Shown: positions 1 through 10,504 of the stretch, piece by piece | Numbering within the stretch: the stretch's first letter is position 1 | Layout: the number at the start of each line of letters is the position of its first letter | Source: an uncultured Spirochaetota bacterium | GTDB taxonomy: Bacteria > Spirochaetota > Spirochaetia > SZUA-6 > Fen-1364 | DNA length: 64,000 bases | Direction: 5' to 3' | Assembly (NCBI GenBank): GCA_963820525.1 | Contig: CAWGAA010000001.1 | Span: 1,376,001 to 1,440,000 of the forward strand | Notes under the pieces: model-generated | Seen by the model: only the letters and a program-made list of their open reading frames with translations | The model's database searches: none | Told to the model about the DNA's origin: nothing | Program-made: the position numbers and the translations under genes

Positions 1-2
1 CC

Positions 3-3000
3 GCCGCCCAGATTCCAGGAATAGCTCAGCGGGTAGTCCCGGCTGTCGTCGGTCACCAAAACAAGCTGTTCAAGAGTGAGCACCGCACCCGGGGTTGTTG
101 TGACCGTAGTTCCCCCGCTACTGAGATAGACCGCAGGCGCAATATTGAATCGAAGCGAATCGACAACGGTCGTTTGATTGCCGTAGAGATCTGTTCCTGT
201 CACGCTCAGTGCTGCCGTTCCAGTTTCGGAAACCGTCACAATAGCGTGGGACTTGATGCCGACATCCTGACTCGCCTGAGGTTTGCCGTCTATTGTTGCC
301 GGCGGAGGGCTTTGAAGAACGCCATTCACGGAGAGGGCGAAAGTCGTACCTTCCTTCCCCGAGGTGAGGGTTACCGTCTCCGCTGGTTCATTGCTAACCT
401 TATTCCCGCTTGAATCCCTGGCGGCAAACACGGTGTTTGAGTAAACAAACCCGATCGCCGGCGGCGTCCAATTCACATCGACCGCCGTGCTCGCAACCGC
501 CGGACCCCAGTCCTCCGTGCCGTTCTGGATCCGAATGAATGCATAGTAGCTCTTCTGCTCGGTTGCGCCCGTAATGCCTATTCCCGATGCATTCCAACTA
601 AAAGCGGGCTGATTGTCGGCGATGCTGACGGTGGAGGCGCCGTTCCAATCCACTGAAGCTGGATTCGAGGAAAGTACAGTCTGGTATACGAGGATCCCGC
701 TCTGATTGTCCTGGCCCGTCAGGGTCCAACCGTCGATCGTTCCCGTATTGCCGGATGCGTTGCTGTGGGCGCCGCCTCTCGAAATCGTGATGCCTGTAGC
801 CGGAGTCTCGTCAACAAGAATTGTCTCGCTGGGCGTCGTGACGCTCCAGACTCCCGTTCTGCTCTGCGCCTTGATATCCAGGCACAGTGTCTGTCCGTCT
901 ATCGGAATCTTGTTCGCCTCCGAGATCAGCGCCGTGTATGGATCTTTCCATGAACGTATTGCCAAGCCGCTGTAGTCCGCGGTCCAGTCCTGAAGAATCT
1001 GCCCGGTTTGCGCGTCTTTCAACCGCCACTGAACCTGCTGAATCCCGCCGGACGCTATGCTGTAGCGAACCGACTCGACATTGAAATGGTTGCTGAAATA
1101 CCTGCTATAATCGAATGCGGCTAAAATCGGCACGGCAGTAGAGATTGTCAGAGATGCCGTTTTCGAGCCGCCCATTCCTAAGAAAGTGACGGGCGTCACC
1201 GTCACCTGGAACACGTCTCCTTCGTGGTAGCCCAACTCCTTCCAACTTCCGCTCCATAGTTTCTGGGTAAGCGTAATTGTCTCACCATCCCCGATACGCA
1301 GTTGGTAGCCCTGAATAAAGTCCGAATCATGATCCACTTGCCAGCTGAAGCTCACCGAGTTTTCAGTGAGGTTCCCCTGCAAGGCGGTTATCGTCGGGAA
1401 ATCTCCTTCAACCTTGAAGGCTGCGCTGTATGCCACGCTCTGATTGTCTGCATTGTCGATTGCGTGGCCTTTGATCATCCAAATCGAGCCCGCCTGTGCC
1501 GTCTCCGTGCCTGATCCCAGCTTGAGAGGATCGGAATAAAGCAGGGCGCCATTCGTCAGCCCAGAGCTTCCAACCGAATCCCCACGCGCAATAAATCCTG
1601 TACCGGGATTCCACGTTCCAACCTGCACCTCGAAGCTCTTCAACCCGCTTTCAAAGTCACCGCTGTTGAATTGCGCAAGCACAGAGGGTGGAACCCCTAA
1701 TGTGGAAAGTTGGACGTGGCCTTCGATTGGCGCCTTCCCGCTTGCCCCCTGGGAAACTGCTACAATCGTATTCACCCATGGAGCTTTGCTGTCCAGCATG
1801 ACTCCACTGCTATAGCCTACACTTTCAAGCCCAACCCCGTTCACCGTCTTGACCGCGAAGAACAGCACCGTCCCGTCAGAATAGGCCCCCGCAGAGGTCC
1901 CATACTTCGACAGTGAGAAGTCCAGATTGCTCACCGAGGTCTGGCCGATCACCTTCGTCCAGGCGTTTTCGGCAAGCTCACCGGCATTCGTGTAGGCTTT
2001 CCAGTAATACTCCACGGTCCCGCTTTCAGGATCCGGCGGGGTGAAAGTCCAATTAAAGCTCAGCTTCTGGTATCGAATGCCCAGAGGATCTCCGGCGACA
2101 CCGCTTGGCTTGTAGCGAACCGCATCTGCCATCGGGATTACTAACGGAGTCGGGGGAGCTGTGCCGTCCACAATCATGATCCCGCTTTCCTGCGTGGTGG
2201 TAAGCCCCGCACCATCCTCAACGGAGACTTCAACCACAATCCGATCTCCGGTGCCGACGCCCTCGGTGCCGCTCAAATCAACATCCAGGCGTTGTCCGTT
2301 TGTTTGCACGGAGGCAAAGTTCTCCTGCCTTACAAGCATCCATGACCAGCTCCCGTCCGATTGCAGGGCCGAACGCTTGACAAGGACTGATCCCCCCGTT
2401 GTTCCGGATTGAGGATCTTCTCCTGCAAACGATAGCCACACGTCGTTGGGCGCAACGAAGCTTGGAACCGAAAAAAGTGTCACAACCGGAGGCGTCGTGT
2501 CGACAACACTCCCCGTGCTTGTAACATCGGCCAGTATGCTTCCGTCTGCATCGAACGCCTTCACCTCAATCGCAACAACATCACCGTCGCTCAGATGCAC
2601 TCCCGTCGACTGTGCTGCAAAATCCAAATCAAGCGTTGCCGAGGTCGACTTTTGTACTTCACTCCAATCCCGAAGAACAACGCCGTCTCCCAGCCGAATC
2701 CACCGGTGTTCATAGCCGTCGGGACTGCCCCCCGCATAGTCCCACCGCGCGGCAATAGTCCCCTTTCCGGCATTGAAGTGTTGGTCGTTCACGAACAGCC
2801 CGATCCCGGCTATCGACACCATGATCGGCGATGCGCTTACCGTGATGCCCGAACCACTTGTTGCTAAAAATACGATGCTGAAAGTTCCCGCTGTGGGGAT
2901 GACGATCTCACTGCCCGGCCTATAGTCCTGGCTGACTACCGCCCCTGTTCCGCCGACATTCTGATATGACCACGTCCATTCCACAGGACCATAGGGATCC

Positions 3001-6000
3001 GTTGCTTGGGTATACGGCTGAATGCCTTGCCCCACGATGAAGCCTGTTACGCCTCCTACTATTGAGGCTGTAACGTCTTGAGGGCCTACCCCATCCTTGG
3101 TAAATACGGGGCTTGAAAGTACCGTACCTACAACCTCGTTAGCGTTTCTCACCTGAAGCTGGACACGGTAGGATTGCCCGTCCTCACTTATGCGGTTTCG
3201 CACAGCTTCGAATGACGTCCCCCAGCTGCTCCACTCATCCGCGTTCTCCGGGAGACTTCCGTCTTGATTGACAAGCTGTATGTTCCACCTGGCCCCTTGA
3301 ACCAGGTTGGTGCTATTGGCATCCGCTAAAGCATAGCTTGCCGCAAGATCCGATGCCTGTTTCACCCAATAGCGTCCGGTACAGCTTCTCATTCCGCCAA
3401 CCGACAGACTAACAACCGGTCCTGCCGCCTTATATGCTACGCCCCAAGTGCCGCCGCCTGCCGCCGGCCATTCCGAAGTATTACCGGCTTTGTCAATCAA
3501 CCTTATCTGGAGTTTTCGAACACCGTCTTGGGCGCCGCTCATGCTTAGCGTGTATGTGTCTATATCCGTATGAAAGACATCGAAAATCGCTCCGGGAACC
3601 GGAGCTACAGCGGCCGGCGTCCATTCACCAGCCGCCCCCTGACCGTCTACCCATCGGTAGGATGCTCCGGCAAGCCCGACACCACCGATCTCGTTCACCT
3701 CGATACTTGCCGTCACACTGCCGTCAGGACCGGCATACGTATTGCCCTCGGTGTCCGTCTCCGTCGTGGTGAAATGGAACGAATTGGCTACAAGAGCTGG
3801 GGCCGTCGTGTCAAATACCTTTATGCACGCGGGAAGGATTGCCTGGTTTCCGGCATTGTCCCATGCTTTCAGTTGGATGGAGTATTGCCCGTCCGTAACG
3901 GAGAGAAGCAGATCGAACTTCCCCGCCGAATCGCAAGTTACAGTTTGCTCACCGTGGATCTGTGCATTTCCGATCTTTTCCCACGTGATTTGCACATTCT
4001 TTTGCCCGCTCCCTCCAGCCTCTGTGACGGTCCCGGAGACCGTCTTTGAGTTCGTGGCGGCTATCGGGCTCGCCATCATCCCGGAAAGGGTGATCTGCGG
4101 CGCCTCCACATCCCAACTGATGTTTCCCTTTGACAGCTGAGCTGAAGTGTTGGGTATGGTCGGGTTGGCAAAAGTTGTCGGCTTTATTCCAATCCATTCG
4201 TCAATCGTCAAACGAATCTTCTTTGACTGGAGCGCCCCTTTGAGTTCACTCAAAGAGCTGCTCTCAGGATCCATCTTGCAGAGCTTCCACAGACTGTAGT
4301 CATACGTGGGGGGTATTCCCCCGCTTGACGCTATCAATTGCTTCTCATACGACGACGAGGTGTCGAATCCTCCGTGTCCGTCATCGATTCCCAGCTCGAA
4401 TTGATAGCTTATGTTGTTGCCGTCCGCAGTGCTCAGAGGGAAGCCGGTTGTGTCAAAGCTCCCACTCGCCGCCACCCATGATATCTCAAACGTCGGCTGC
4501 GCTAAGGTGGAGTAGGGCACTGTGTATGAGGGGGCGATTACTCCTTCAATTTTGATTTGTTGTGTGAAATCGGAAGCAACGGCCCCCGTTTCAGAGCTGA
4601 TATCCACAAAGGGCTTATAATAGACGGTTGCTCCCGCTTTCAGGCTGTCGGAAGCAGGCAGCGTGATCCCTGCGGAACCCTGCGCCTCCGAGGTTGTGTT
4701 TGTAATACAGCTGCTGTCAGTGCCGATTCCCCACTCTAGCCCTCGGGTGCCGTTTCCTATGGAAAGGTTTTGCCAGAGAACCCCACTGAGAGCACCGCTG
4801 GACGAATTCTGCCGTTGAGGAGGCTGGAAGGGCCCCGAGCCCCATTGAGGCTTGAAGATCCGTATCGTCTTCGAGACTGAAGGATTTCCCGTCTCGTTTT
4901 TCACCTGGACGGTCAAAAGACGGCTCTTCTCCGCGCCCCAAATGAAAGTGTAATTGTTCCCTTGATCAAGCTCTGTTGAAGGATGTGAAGTATTCGAGGG
5001 ATCCGATATCTCGATGTGGTAATTCGTGAGGTTCGGCAATAGCGCGGGAGCCAACGCTGAGTCCGTATATCCAATGGTCAAGGTGTCGCCGGCGAGAACG
5101 GAAGTCACCTTGTCGGCCGGCAAAGTCCAAGGCTCGTTTTCGGTATGGCTCCAAGCATTAGAATCTCCGTACTTTCGCCCAAACATAGAAAGATTGACAG
5201 GTGCAGGCTTGCTCCGATGAATGGAGAAGCTGATGGCGCCTGTACTATAAAGGCCTGAGGCGTCATACAGTTTGTAGCTGAGCGTACAGGGTCCGTCAGG
5301 CAGAAAAGCACATCCGTCAGCTATGGGAACACCATTTGGAGTGAAAGGAATCTCAGCGGTGTACTTCCCGCTGCTATCGGCCGTGAATGTGTAGTTCTTT
5401 GTGCTATTGAAAAATTCGGTTCCGCTGCACTTAAGAGAGGTAACGTCTACGCTTTGTGGAGGGGCATAGCAGGAGGAGCTCCCCGTTTTTGAATATGTAT
5501 TATCGGTGTTCTTGCTGAAAGAGAATGTCAAGCTGTCCGCATTGATCGGAATTAAGGCATAGAGAATCTTTTCTGCATTGTCGCTGGATTTGTCATAATA
5601 CTTGGCATTTGAACCACCGAGCGAAATAGCTGTCGTGTTGTAGATGATTGTGCAGGACAAGGGCGGCGTGGTGTTGCCTGCGTTATCAGTGGCGCTAAAT
5701 GTATAGTCGTGAACCCCAACCAAGGGTAGAAAGTTGCTGAGGGACATGGCCGAGTTTACCCCGGGTTGTCCACTAATTGTGTATGTAAACGTTGATACGC
5801 CACTTGTAGTATCTGCTTTCGAAATGCTTACTTGTTGGCTAACATAGTGCGTCTCGCCAGACTGCCAGTTTCCCCCAAGATTAATGGTAGGCGTAACTCG
5901 GTCAATTTTTATATATCTTGTATCAGTTATTGTGCCAACGGCATCCGTCGTTTTTAATTTAACTCTATTATCACCTTCTGACAGATGCGTATCAAGGGGC

Positions 6001-7214
6001 AATAAAGGATGGGCTGTATTCCCAATACCAAGTGAAATCCAGTCGCCGGGTGTCGGAGGTTCTTTTAATGTATAAAAAACCTCCAGAGGAACGCTCAAAG
6101 CATCAGCTGCAGTAACGTATATGTGTTGATTCGCTTCGAACCAGGCAATGTTGTACCAGTCAGATTTTGTATCACTTATCATAGGATCGTCAGCAAGAAT
6201 GGTCTGGTGAATCGTACGAGTAGCGGCCGAATTACCAGCATTATCTTTAACATCGAATGTGCATTGGAATTCACCTGTGGCTGTAAGAGGAAGCGTTTTT
6301 GTTTCCAGCCCTACTGCACTGCTATTCCCATTCACATTACAGGTAAATGTGCTGGTTTTTATCCCGCTTCCACCAGATTCGTCAACAGCGGTTACTGTGA
6401 TAGTGCGCGAACGCGCGGCAGGAAATCTTCCATCGGCGCCAAGAGTATACGAAGGATCTGATATAATTTTGAATGTGGGAAGGGTCTTATCAATGTGGGT
6501 AATAGAGCATTCAAGTGGAGTACCTATATTTCCCACATTATCAACGGCTCTGAATGATACATTGCAGTTTGCGTCAACTGTGCAGCTTGCACCATCTGAC
6601 CAATCAGAATCGCCTTCTTTCTTATATTGATACTTTGCAACGCCCGATCCATCACCATCATCACCTCCTGATGCGGTTAATGTAACTGAATCATTTGTCC
6701 AATCTGTCGAAAGCAATGTTTTGGTCGGATCTGATGCTGGGGATAGTGTAATATGAGGTTCTGAAGGTCCATCTGTATCTCCATAGAAAGCTAAATTAGC
6801 CCCTCCATAAGTGTAATACTCCCATCCTCCTGATTGGCCTCCGTTAAAGAATTGCTTTCCGCAAACGGTAATGCTTACATAATGGGCCCCTGCCCCATTT
6901 ATTGTAAACTGCACTGGAAAACCAGACCCAGAAAGGTCTCTGACTAAAGATCCATCTACTATTATAGGCCCATAAATTGAAAATTGATTCGCAAAAGCTT
7001 GATTTGAAATTGAAACTGAGAGAGTCAATCCAAGTGAACTCCCTTGATAGTAGTAAGTTGAGCCAATTTGTGTAACTGCAATATTTGTAACTAAGCGTAT
7101 ATGAGCTACTCCCCAGTAATAGGAGGTGAATGGACTATCATAGCTCCACACACTGTCCGCAAAGCTGGGAGCGCAAATTAAAACACAACAGATAGCTATC
7201 AATATTCTTTTCAT
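3..7214 (-). CDS. Giant secreted/surface protein with Ig-like/FN3/PKD-like repeats, >2,400 aa, 3' end beyond the window
   Basis: ATG at 7214 begins MKRILIAICCVLICAPSFA (signal peptide). Repeats such as SGVAKYQY..FRAVDNVGN, VKDNAGN, SATDNAGN, DPESGTVEYYW and DFESGLKSFEVQVG follow. The same frame reads LVTDDSRDYPLSYSWNLGG at the left edge. Its absence from the ORF track is consistent with no in-window stop. Confidence 0.85.
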   Translation of the reverse strand, partial: MKRILIAICCVLICAPSFADSVWSYDSPFTSYYWGVAHIRLVTNIAVTQIGSTYYYQGSSLGLTLSVSISNQAFANQFSIYGPIIVDGSLVRDLSGSGFPVQFTINGAGAHYVSITVCGKQFFNGGQSGGWEYYTYGGANLAFYGDTDGPSEPHITLSPASDPTKTLLSTDWTNDSVTLTASGGDDGDGSGVAKYQYKKEGDSDWSDGASCTVDANCNVSFRAVDNVGNIGTPLECSITHIDKTLPTFKIISDPSYTLGADGRFPAARSRTITVTAVDESGGSGIKTSTFTCNVNGNSSAVGLETKTLPLTATGEFQCTFDVKDNAGNSAATRTIHQTILADDPMISDTKSDWYNIAWFEANQHIYVTAADALSVPLEVFYTLKEPPTPGDWISLGIGNTAHPLLPLDTHLSEGDNRVKLKTTDAVGTITDTRYIKIDRVTPTINLGGNWQSGETHYVSQQVSISKADTTSGVSTFTYTISGQPGVNSAMSLSNFLPLVGVHDYTFSATDNAGNTTPPLSCTIIYNTTAISLGGSNAKYYDKSSDNAEKILYALIPINADSLTFSFSKNTDNTYSKTGSSSCYAPPQSVDVTSLKCSGTEFFNSTKNYTFTADSSGKYTAEIPFTPNGVPIADGCAFLPDGPCTLSYKLYDASGLYSTGAISFSIHRSKPAPVNLSMFGRKYGDSNAWSHTENEPWTLPADKVTSVLAGDTLTIGYTDSALAPALLPNLTNYHIEISDPSNTSHPSTELDQGNNYTFIWGAEKSRLLTVQVKNETGNPSVSKTIRIFKPQWGSGPFQPPQRQNSSSGALSGVLWQNLSIGNGTRGLEWGIGTDSSCITNTTSEAQGSAGITLPASDSLKAGATVYYKPFVDISSETGAVASDFTQQIKIEGVIAPSYTVPYSTLAQPTFEISWVAASGSFDTTGFPLSTADGNNISYQFELGIDDGHGGFDTSSSYEKQLIASSGGIPPTYDYSLWKLCKMDPESSSLSELKGALQSKKIRLTIDEWIGIKPTTFANPTIPNTSAQLSKGNISWDVEAPQITLSGMMASPIAATNSKTVSGTVTEAGGSGQKNVQITWEKIGNAQIHGEQTVTCDSAGKFDLLLSVTDGQYSIQLKAWDNAGNQAILPACIKVFDTTAPALVANSFHFTTTETDTEGNTYAGPDGSVTASIEVNEIGGVGLAGASYRWVDGQGAAGEWTPAAVAPVPGAIFDVFHTDIDTYTLSMSGAQDGVRKLQIRLIDKAGNTSEWPAAGGGTWGVAYKAAGPVVSLSVGGMRSCTGRYWVKQASDLAASYALADANSTNLVQGARWNIQLVNQDGSLPENADEWSSWGTSFEAVRNRISEDGQSYRVQLQVRNANEVVGTVLSSPVFTKDGVGPQDVTASIVGGVTGFIVGQGIQPYTQATDPYGPVEWTWSYQNVGGTGAVVSQDYRPGSEIVIPTAGTFSIVFLATSGSGITVSASPIMVSIAGIGLFVNDQHFNAGKGTIAARWDYAGGSPDGYEHRWIRLGDGVVLRDWSEVQKSTSATLDLDFAAQSTGVHLSDGDVVAIEVKAFDADGSILADVTSTGSVVDTTPPVVTLFSVPSFVAPNDVWLSFAGEDPQSGTTGGSVLVKRSALQSDGSWSWMLVRQENFASVQTNGQRLDVDLSGTEGVGTGDRIVVEVSVEDGAGLTTTQESGIMIVDGTAPPTPLVIPMADAVRYKPSGVAGDPLGIRYQKLSFNWTFTPPDPESGTVEYYWKAYTNAGELAENAWTKVIGQTSVSNLDFSLSKYGTSAGAYSDGTVLFFAVKTVNGVGLESVGYSSGVMLDSKAPWVNTIVAVSQGASGKAPIEGHVQLSTLGVPPSVLAQFNSGDFESGLKSFEVQVGTWNPGTGFIARGDSVGSSGLTNGALLYSDPLKLGSGTETAQAGSIWMIKGHAIDNADNQSVAYSAAFKVEGDFPTITALQGNLTENSVSFSWQVDHDSDFIQGYQLRIGDGETITLTQKLWSGSWKELGYHEGDVFQVTVTPVTFLGMGGSKTASLTISTAVPILAAFDYSRYFSNHFNVESVRYSIASGGIQQVQWRLKDAQTGQILQDWTADYSGLAIRSWKDPYTALISEANKIPIDGQTLCLDIKAQSRTGVWSVTTPSETILVDETPATGITISRGGAHSNASGNTGTIDGWTLTGQDNQSGILVYQTVLSSNPASVDWNGASTVSIADNQPAFSWNASGIGITGATEQKSYYAFIRIQNGTEDWGPAVASTAVDVNWTPPAIGFVYSNTVFAARDSSGNKVSNEPAETVTLTSGKEGTTFALSVNGVLQSPPPATIDGKPQASQDVGIKSHAIVTVSETGTAALSVTGTDLYGNQTTVVDSLRFNIAPAVYLSSGGTTVTTTPGAVLTLEQLVLVTDDSRDYPLSYSWNLGG

Positions 7215-7563
7215 ATTCCACTCATCCTGCGGCTTCGCCAAGAGTAATAGTCAATCGCTCAATATTTCTACAGAGTTGAGATTCTCAGCGTCTTCATCGG
7301 AAGAATGAACATCGGTTTTGCGCCGAACATGGCCTTGACCCCCTTTTAAATGCCGGATTGCTCCGGGGACTTTTAAAGCTCAGAGATGTTCTTGATAATA
7401 GTTATGCGTTTATAGCATAGAGTGCTTGTGGATGCAACAGAAATCTTCTGTCAGTATCATTATGATACTATCATACCATCTGCGGCGGCCGGAACTAGGC
7501 GGATGTTCCCTGCTCTCGCCAAACGCCGCCCGCTTTCGGACCGCATCCGTGACGCGCTCGACA

Positions 7564-8628
7564 CTATCTCTTGCCCTCACCCCTCATCACGTTTATCGCC
7601 GGGGGGAGCATTTTCATCACTAGGGGAAAATCCTTCTCCTGAAGCCAGGTGAGCTCGCCGTCGAGCTGCATCGGCATCTTCGCATGATAGTTTATCTCGA
7701 CATGGTCAGCGGAGTAGAACCTCACTTGGGGAAGAATGCCGTGCCTGCCCTCGTAGAAAAGCTTCTTGTTCTTGATCTTTGCAAAAAGGCTGAGGTGGTC
7801 CACAACGCATACGTTTTCCTGTCCTGGAAGAACATGCATATGACCGCCATAGGTCCTGTCTCCGCTTATGCCCACGACAACCATCGAAGGGACGATCCCG
7901 TCAATCGATATCTCGCCGCCTTTGGAGAATATCCGCACGTCCATAGGCAGGGGCTTGATGGCTTGCTCGTAGAAGAGGCTTCCCACGTCAACGAGTGCCT
8001 TGTAGGCGTGGCCGGGAATAGCGCGTTTGAAGCGGTTAGTGAGGTCTGCGATGAATGCATCAAGGCCGACGCTCGCGATATTGAAGGAGAAGCCCACCTG
8101 CTTCCCCGCCGCGGTCACCACCAGGGCTCCCGTCTTTAGGCTGTGCGGCGCTCCAAGGATGAGATCGTACGCCTCGCTGAACGTGTTGGTGTCCGCCATG
8201 TCGTTCCCCGAGCCCAGAGGAAGGCGGAGGAGCTTCAGGCGGCCCAGAAGGTCTCCATCGGCCTGGATAAGGGCGGTGCAGATCTCGTTGCTGGTGCCGT
8301 CGCCGCCGCAGCCTATGAGGAGGTGCTCAAGGCCGGAGCGCGCCTTCTCCTCCCGGGTGAGGATATCTTCCGTGATCTTTCGAGCGTGGCCCGCGTACTC
8401 CGTGAAGTGTACGAGGTTGATCTCGATCTTTCGCCGGGGATAGCGGCTTCGAAGCTCTTCCAGCCGCACCTCGAGCTCCATGATCATCTTCTCGAGAGTG
8501 GATTTTCGTTTGAAAAACCCGGCGTGGGGGTTTACGATGACATCGACAATCAGAGGCGCCGTATCTGCTTGGCGGGAAAACTCAGTCAACTTGGAGACGC
8601 CGTTCGCGTAGGTCGATATTAAGTCCAT
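7564..8628 (-). CDS. Diacylglycerol/lipid kinase family protein
   Basis: IVNPHAG, GGDGT, LPLGSGND and QLDGE motifs. Confidence 0.9.
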   Translation of the reverse strand: MDLISTYANGVSKLTEFSRQADTAPLIVDVIVNPHAGFFKRKSTLEKMIMELEVRLEELRSRYPRRKIEINLVHFTEYAGHARKITEDILTREEKARSGLEHLLIGCGGDGTSNEICTALIQADGDLLGRLKLLRLPLGSGNDMADTNTFSEAYDLILGAPHSLKTGALVVTAAGKQVGFSFNIASVGLDAFIADLTNRFKRAIPGHAYKALVDVGSLFYEQAIKPLPMDVRIFSKGGEISIDGIVPSMVVVGISGDRTYGGHMHVLPGQENVCVVDHLSLFAKIKNKKLFYEGRHGILPQVRFYSADHVEINYHAKMPMQLDGELTWLQEKDFPLVMKMLPPAINVMRGEGKR

Positions 8629-8652
8629 GGTTCACCTCCACGATGCAACGTT

Positions 8653-9240
8653 TCAGCCACTCTTTTCCAGCATCGACAGTATTCGCTGCGCTGCCCTGCC
8701 GCGGTGGGAGAGGCGATCTTTTTCCTCGTCGGGAAGCTCCGCGATGGTCTTCCCGGTATGCGGGACCAGGAACAAGGGGTCGTAGCCGAAGCCATGAACC
8801 CCACGAGGCGCGTGAGTGATCTGGCCGTTCACGGTTTCCTGGGCGATGAAGAATCTGCTTTCCTCGAGGACAAGAACGAGACAGCATACGAAGTATGCTC
8901 GCCTGTCCTCGATGCCCTCCATTTTAGATAGAAGATATGCATTTCGCGCGGGGGCCTCCAGAACGGGCCCGCCGTCCGAGCCATAGCGTGAAGAATAGAT
9001 CCCTGGCTTGCCGCCCAAAGCTGGCACACACAACCCTGAGTCGTCAGAGATTACCGGCCGCCTGGCAATCGAAAAAAGTGCCATCGCTTTTCCGAATGCG
9101 TTCTCCAGAAAGCTCTTCCCGTTCTCCTCGAAATCGAACTCGATGCCCGCCTCATGAGGCAGAAGGATTATGTGACCCGGAAAGAGGCGGGCAAACTCGT
9201 CGTGCTTGTGCCTGTTGTTCGAAGCGAGAATTATTTCCAT
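8653..9240 (-). CDS. rdgB: Non-canonical purine NTP pyrophosphatase (RdgB/HAM1)
   Basis: MEIILASNNRHK, DDSGLCV, PGIYSSRY, GFGYDP, SHRGRA. Start overlaps the upstream stop (TGATG). Confidence 0.93.
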   Translation of the reverse strand: MEIILASNNRHKHDEFARLFPGHIILLPHEAGIEFDFEENGKSFLENAFGKAMALFSIARRPVISDDSGLCVPALGGKPGIYSSRYGSDGGPVLEAPARNAYLLSKMEGIEDRRAYFVCCLVLVLEESRFFIAQETVNGQITHAPRGVHGFGYDPLFLVPHTGKTIAELPDEEKDRLSHRGRAAQRILSMLEKSG

Positions 9241-10091
9241 CAAGCGCTCTGCTGGCTTTCCTGATTGTATACCATGGCGATTTTTCTTTTCAACCAAAAA
9301 AGGCCGGAGTCCACGGTGCCTTTGGGGAGCCCCAACAGCTCGGCGATCTCCCGGTTTGTGGGATTGAGCATCACGCGGGACATCCGATTCATGGCGATTC
9401 TCATCCTTTTCCGAGCCTTCTCCAGGCGCACAAGGAGCGCTTCCCGACGCTCTGGCATGGCCTCCTCGGCAAGCTCGGTTTCCAGAAGCCGCGACTGCGA
9501 GAAAGCACGGTTTCGCCGGCCTCGAAAGCAATCAAACCTCCTCTCTCTCGGCTCGGCACGAGCCCTGAGGGTCGTCGCGTATCTCTCCAGCGTTTCCGCG
9601 GGCACTCCAGTGAGGGTCGAGAGCCCCGCTAATTTCTCCGGGGTCATCGAACGGATGCACTTCAACCCAAGGAGAAGGAGGTTTCTCCGATCCGCTTCAG
9701 TATCCAGAGACTTCATGATTCGAAAATCCGTAAAATCCGCGCACTCATTGCACTTTTCTTCCTCGGTCTCTTCATCACCGTTGTAGACGATCCTAAGAGC
9801 GACGTTCCAGCTCCGGTCAACCCTGCGCTTCTCTCGGGCGAAGTTTCGAAGCTGCCAGCTCAACACTGAGCAGAGGTATGACTCGAAGGGCTTCCCCTGG
9901 TCTCTGAAACGCGAGAGCAACCGAATGAGCCTGGGCTGGAAGTAGAGGTAAAAATCACCGCATGCATCCTCATCCCAGCCCAGCTTTCGCCGAGGGTATT
10001 GGTAGATTCGCGGCGATAGCTCTGTTACAAGCTCCTTCAGGCCGTCCCTCGTTTGTTGGAACGTGAGCACTTTTTGAGTGAGACTTTCCAT
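9240..10091 (-). CDS. Sigma-70/ECF-like factor with C-terminal HTH
   Basis: Region-2-like FRDQGKPFESYL and region-4-like TNREIAELLGLPKGTVDSGL. SD-like GGGGG upstream of ATG 10091. Confidence 0.65.
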   Translation of the reverse strand: MESLTQKVLTFQQTRDGLKELVTELSPRIYQYPRRKLGWDEDACGDFYLYFQPRLIRLLSRFRDQGKPFESYLCSVLSWQLRNFAREKRRVDRSWNVALRIVYNGDEETEEEKCNECADFTDFRIMKSLDTEADRRNLLLLGLKCIRSMTPEKLAGLSTLTGVPAETLERYATTLRARAEPRERRFDCFRGRRNRAFSQSRLLETELAEEAMPERREALLVRLEKARKRMRIAMNRMSRVMLNPTNREIAELLGLPKGTVDSGLFWLKRKIAMVYNQESQQSA

Positions 10092-10504
10092 AATCGACTT
10101 TCCCCCTTTTGTTTGGTGACGGAGGAAAAGCAAATAGCGTGCCATAAAAGGGGTCTAAAATGGGCACATTGGAGGGGTTTCTTTACATTCGTTTACATTC
10201 AGAGAGGTGGGACGCGAGGCGGCCCGCCCTTGTTGGCCTTGCGGGGCGCAAGTCGGGCGCGCCTGCTCTCGGGTGCAGGGCGGGTACGTTGTTCGGCTGC
10301 GGTGGGGTGCGCCCTGCGAGGAGCGCTTTTTGAGCGTCGCTTTACGGCCTTGCGTGGCGGTCGGCCTGCCGGCAACGCTGTTAGGCTAGCCCGGCCCGCT
10401 CACGGCGGCCGCAGCCGTGCGCCCTTTCTGTCGGCCTTCTCCGCCCGCCCCCTCGCCGGGCGCGCCCTTCCCAAGGCGCGAGCCGCGCCTGCTGGGCCCG
10501 CCTT

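Noticed and set aside
10200..10500. Structured ncRNA or attC site (GTTAGGC at ~10380) in a GC-rich intergenic region
   Set aside because: No matching inverse core and no recognisable RNA family motif; hairpins are expected at this GC content
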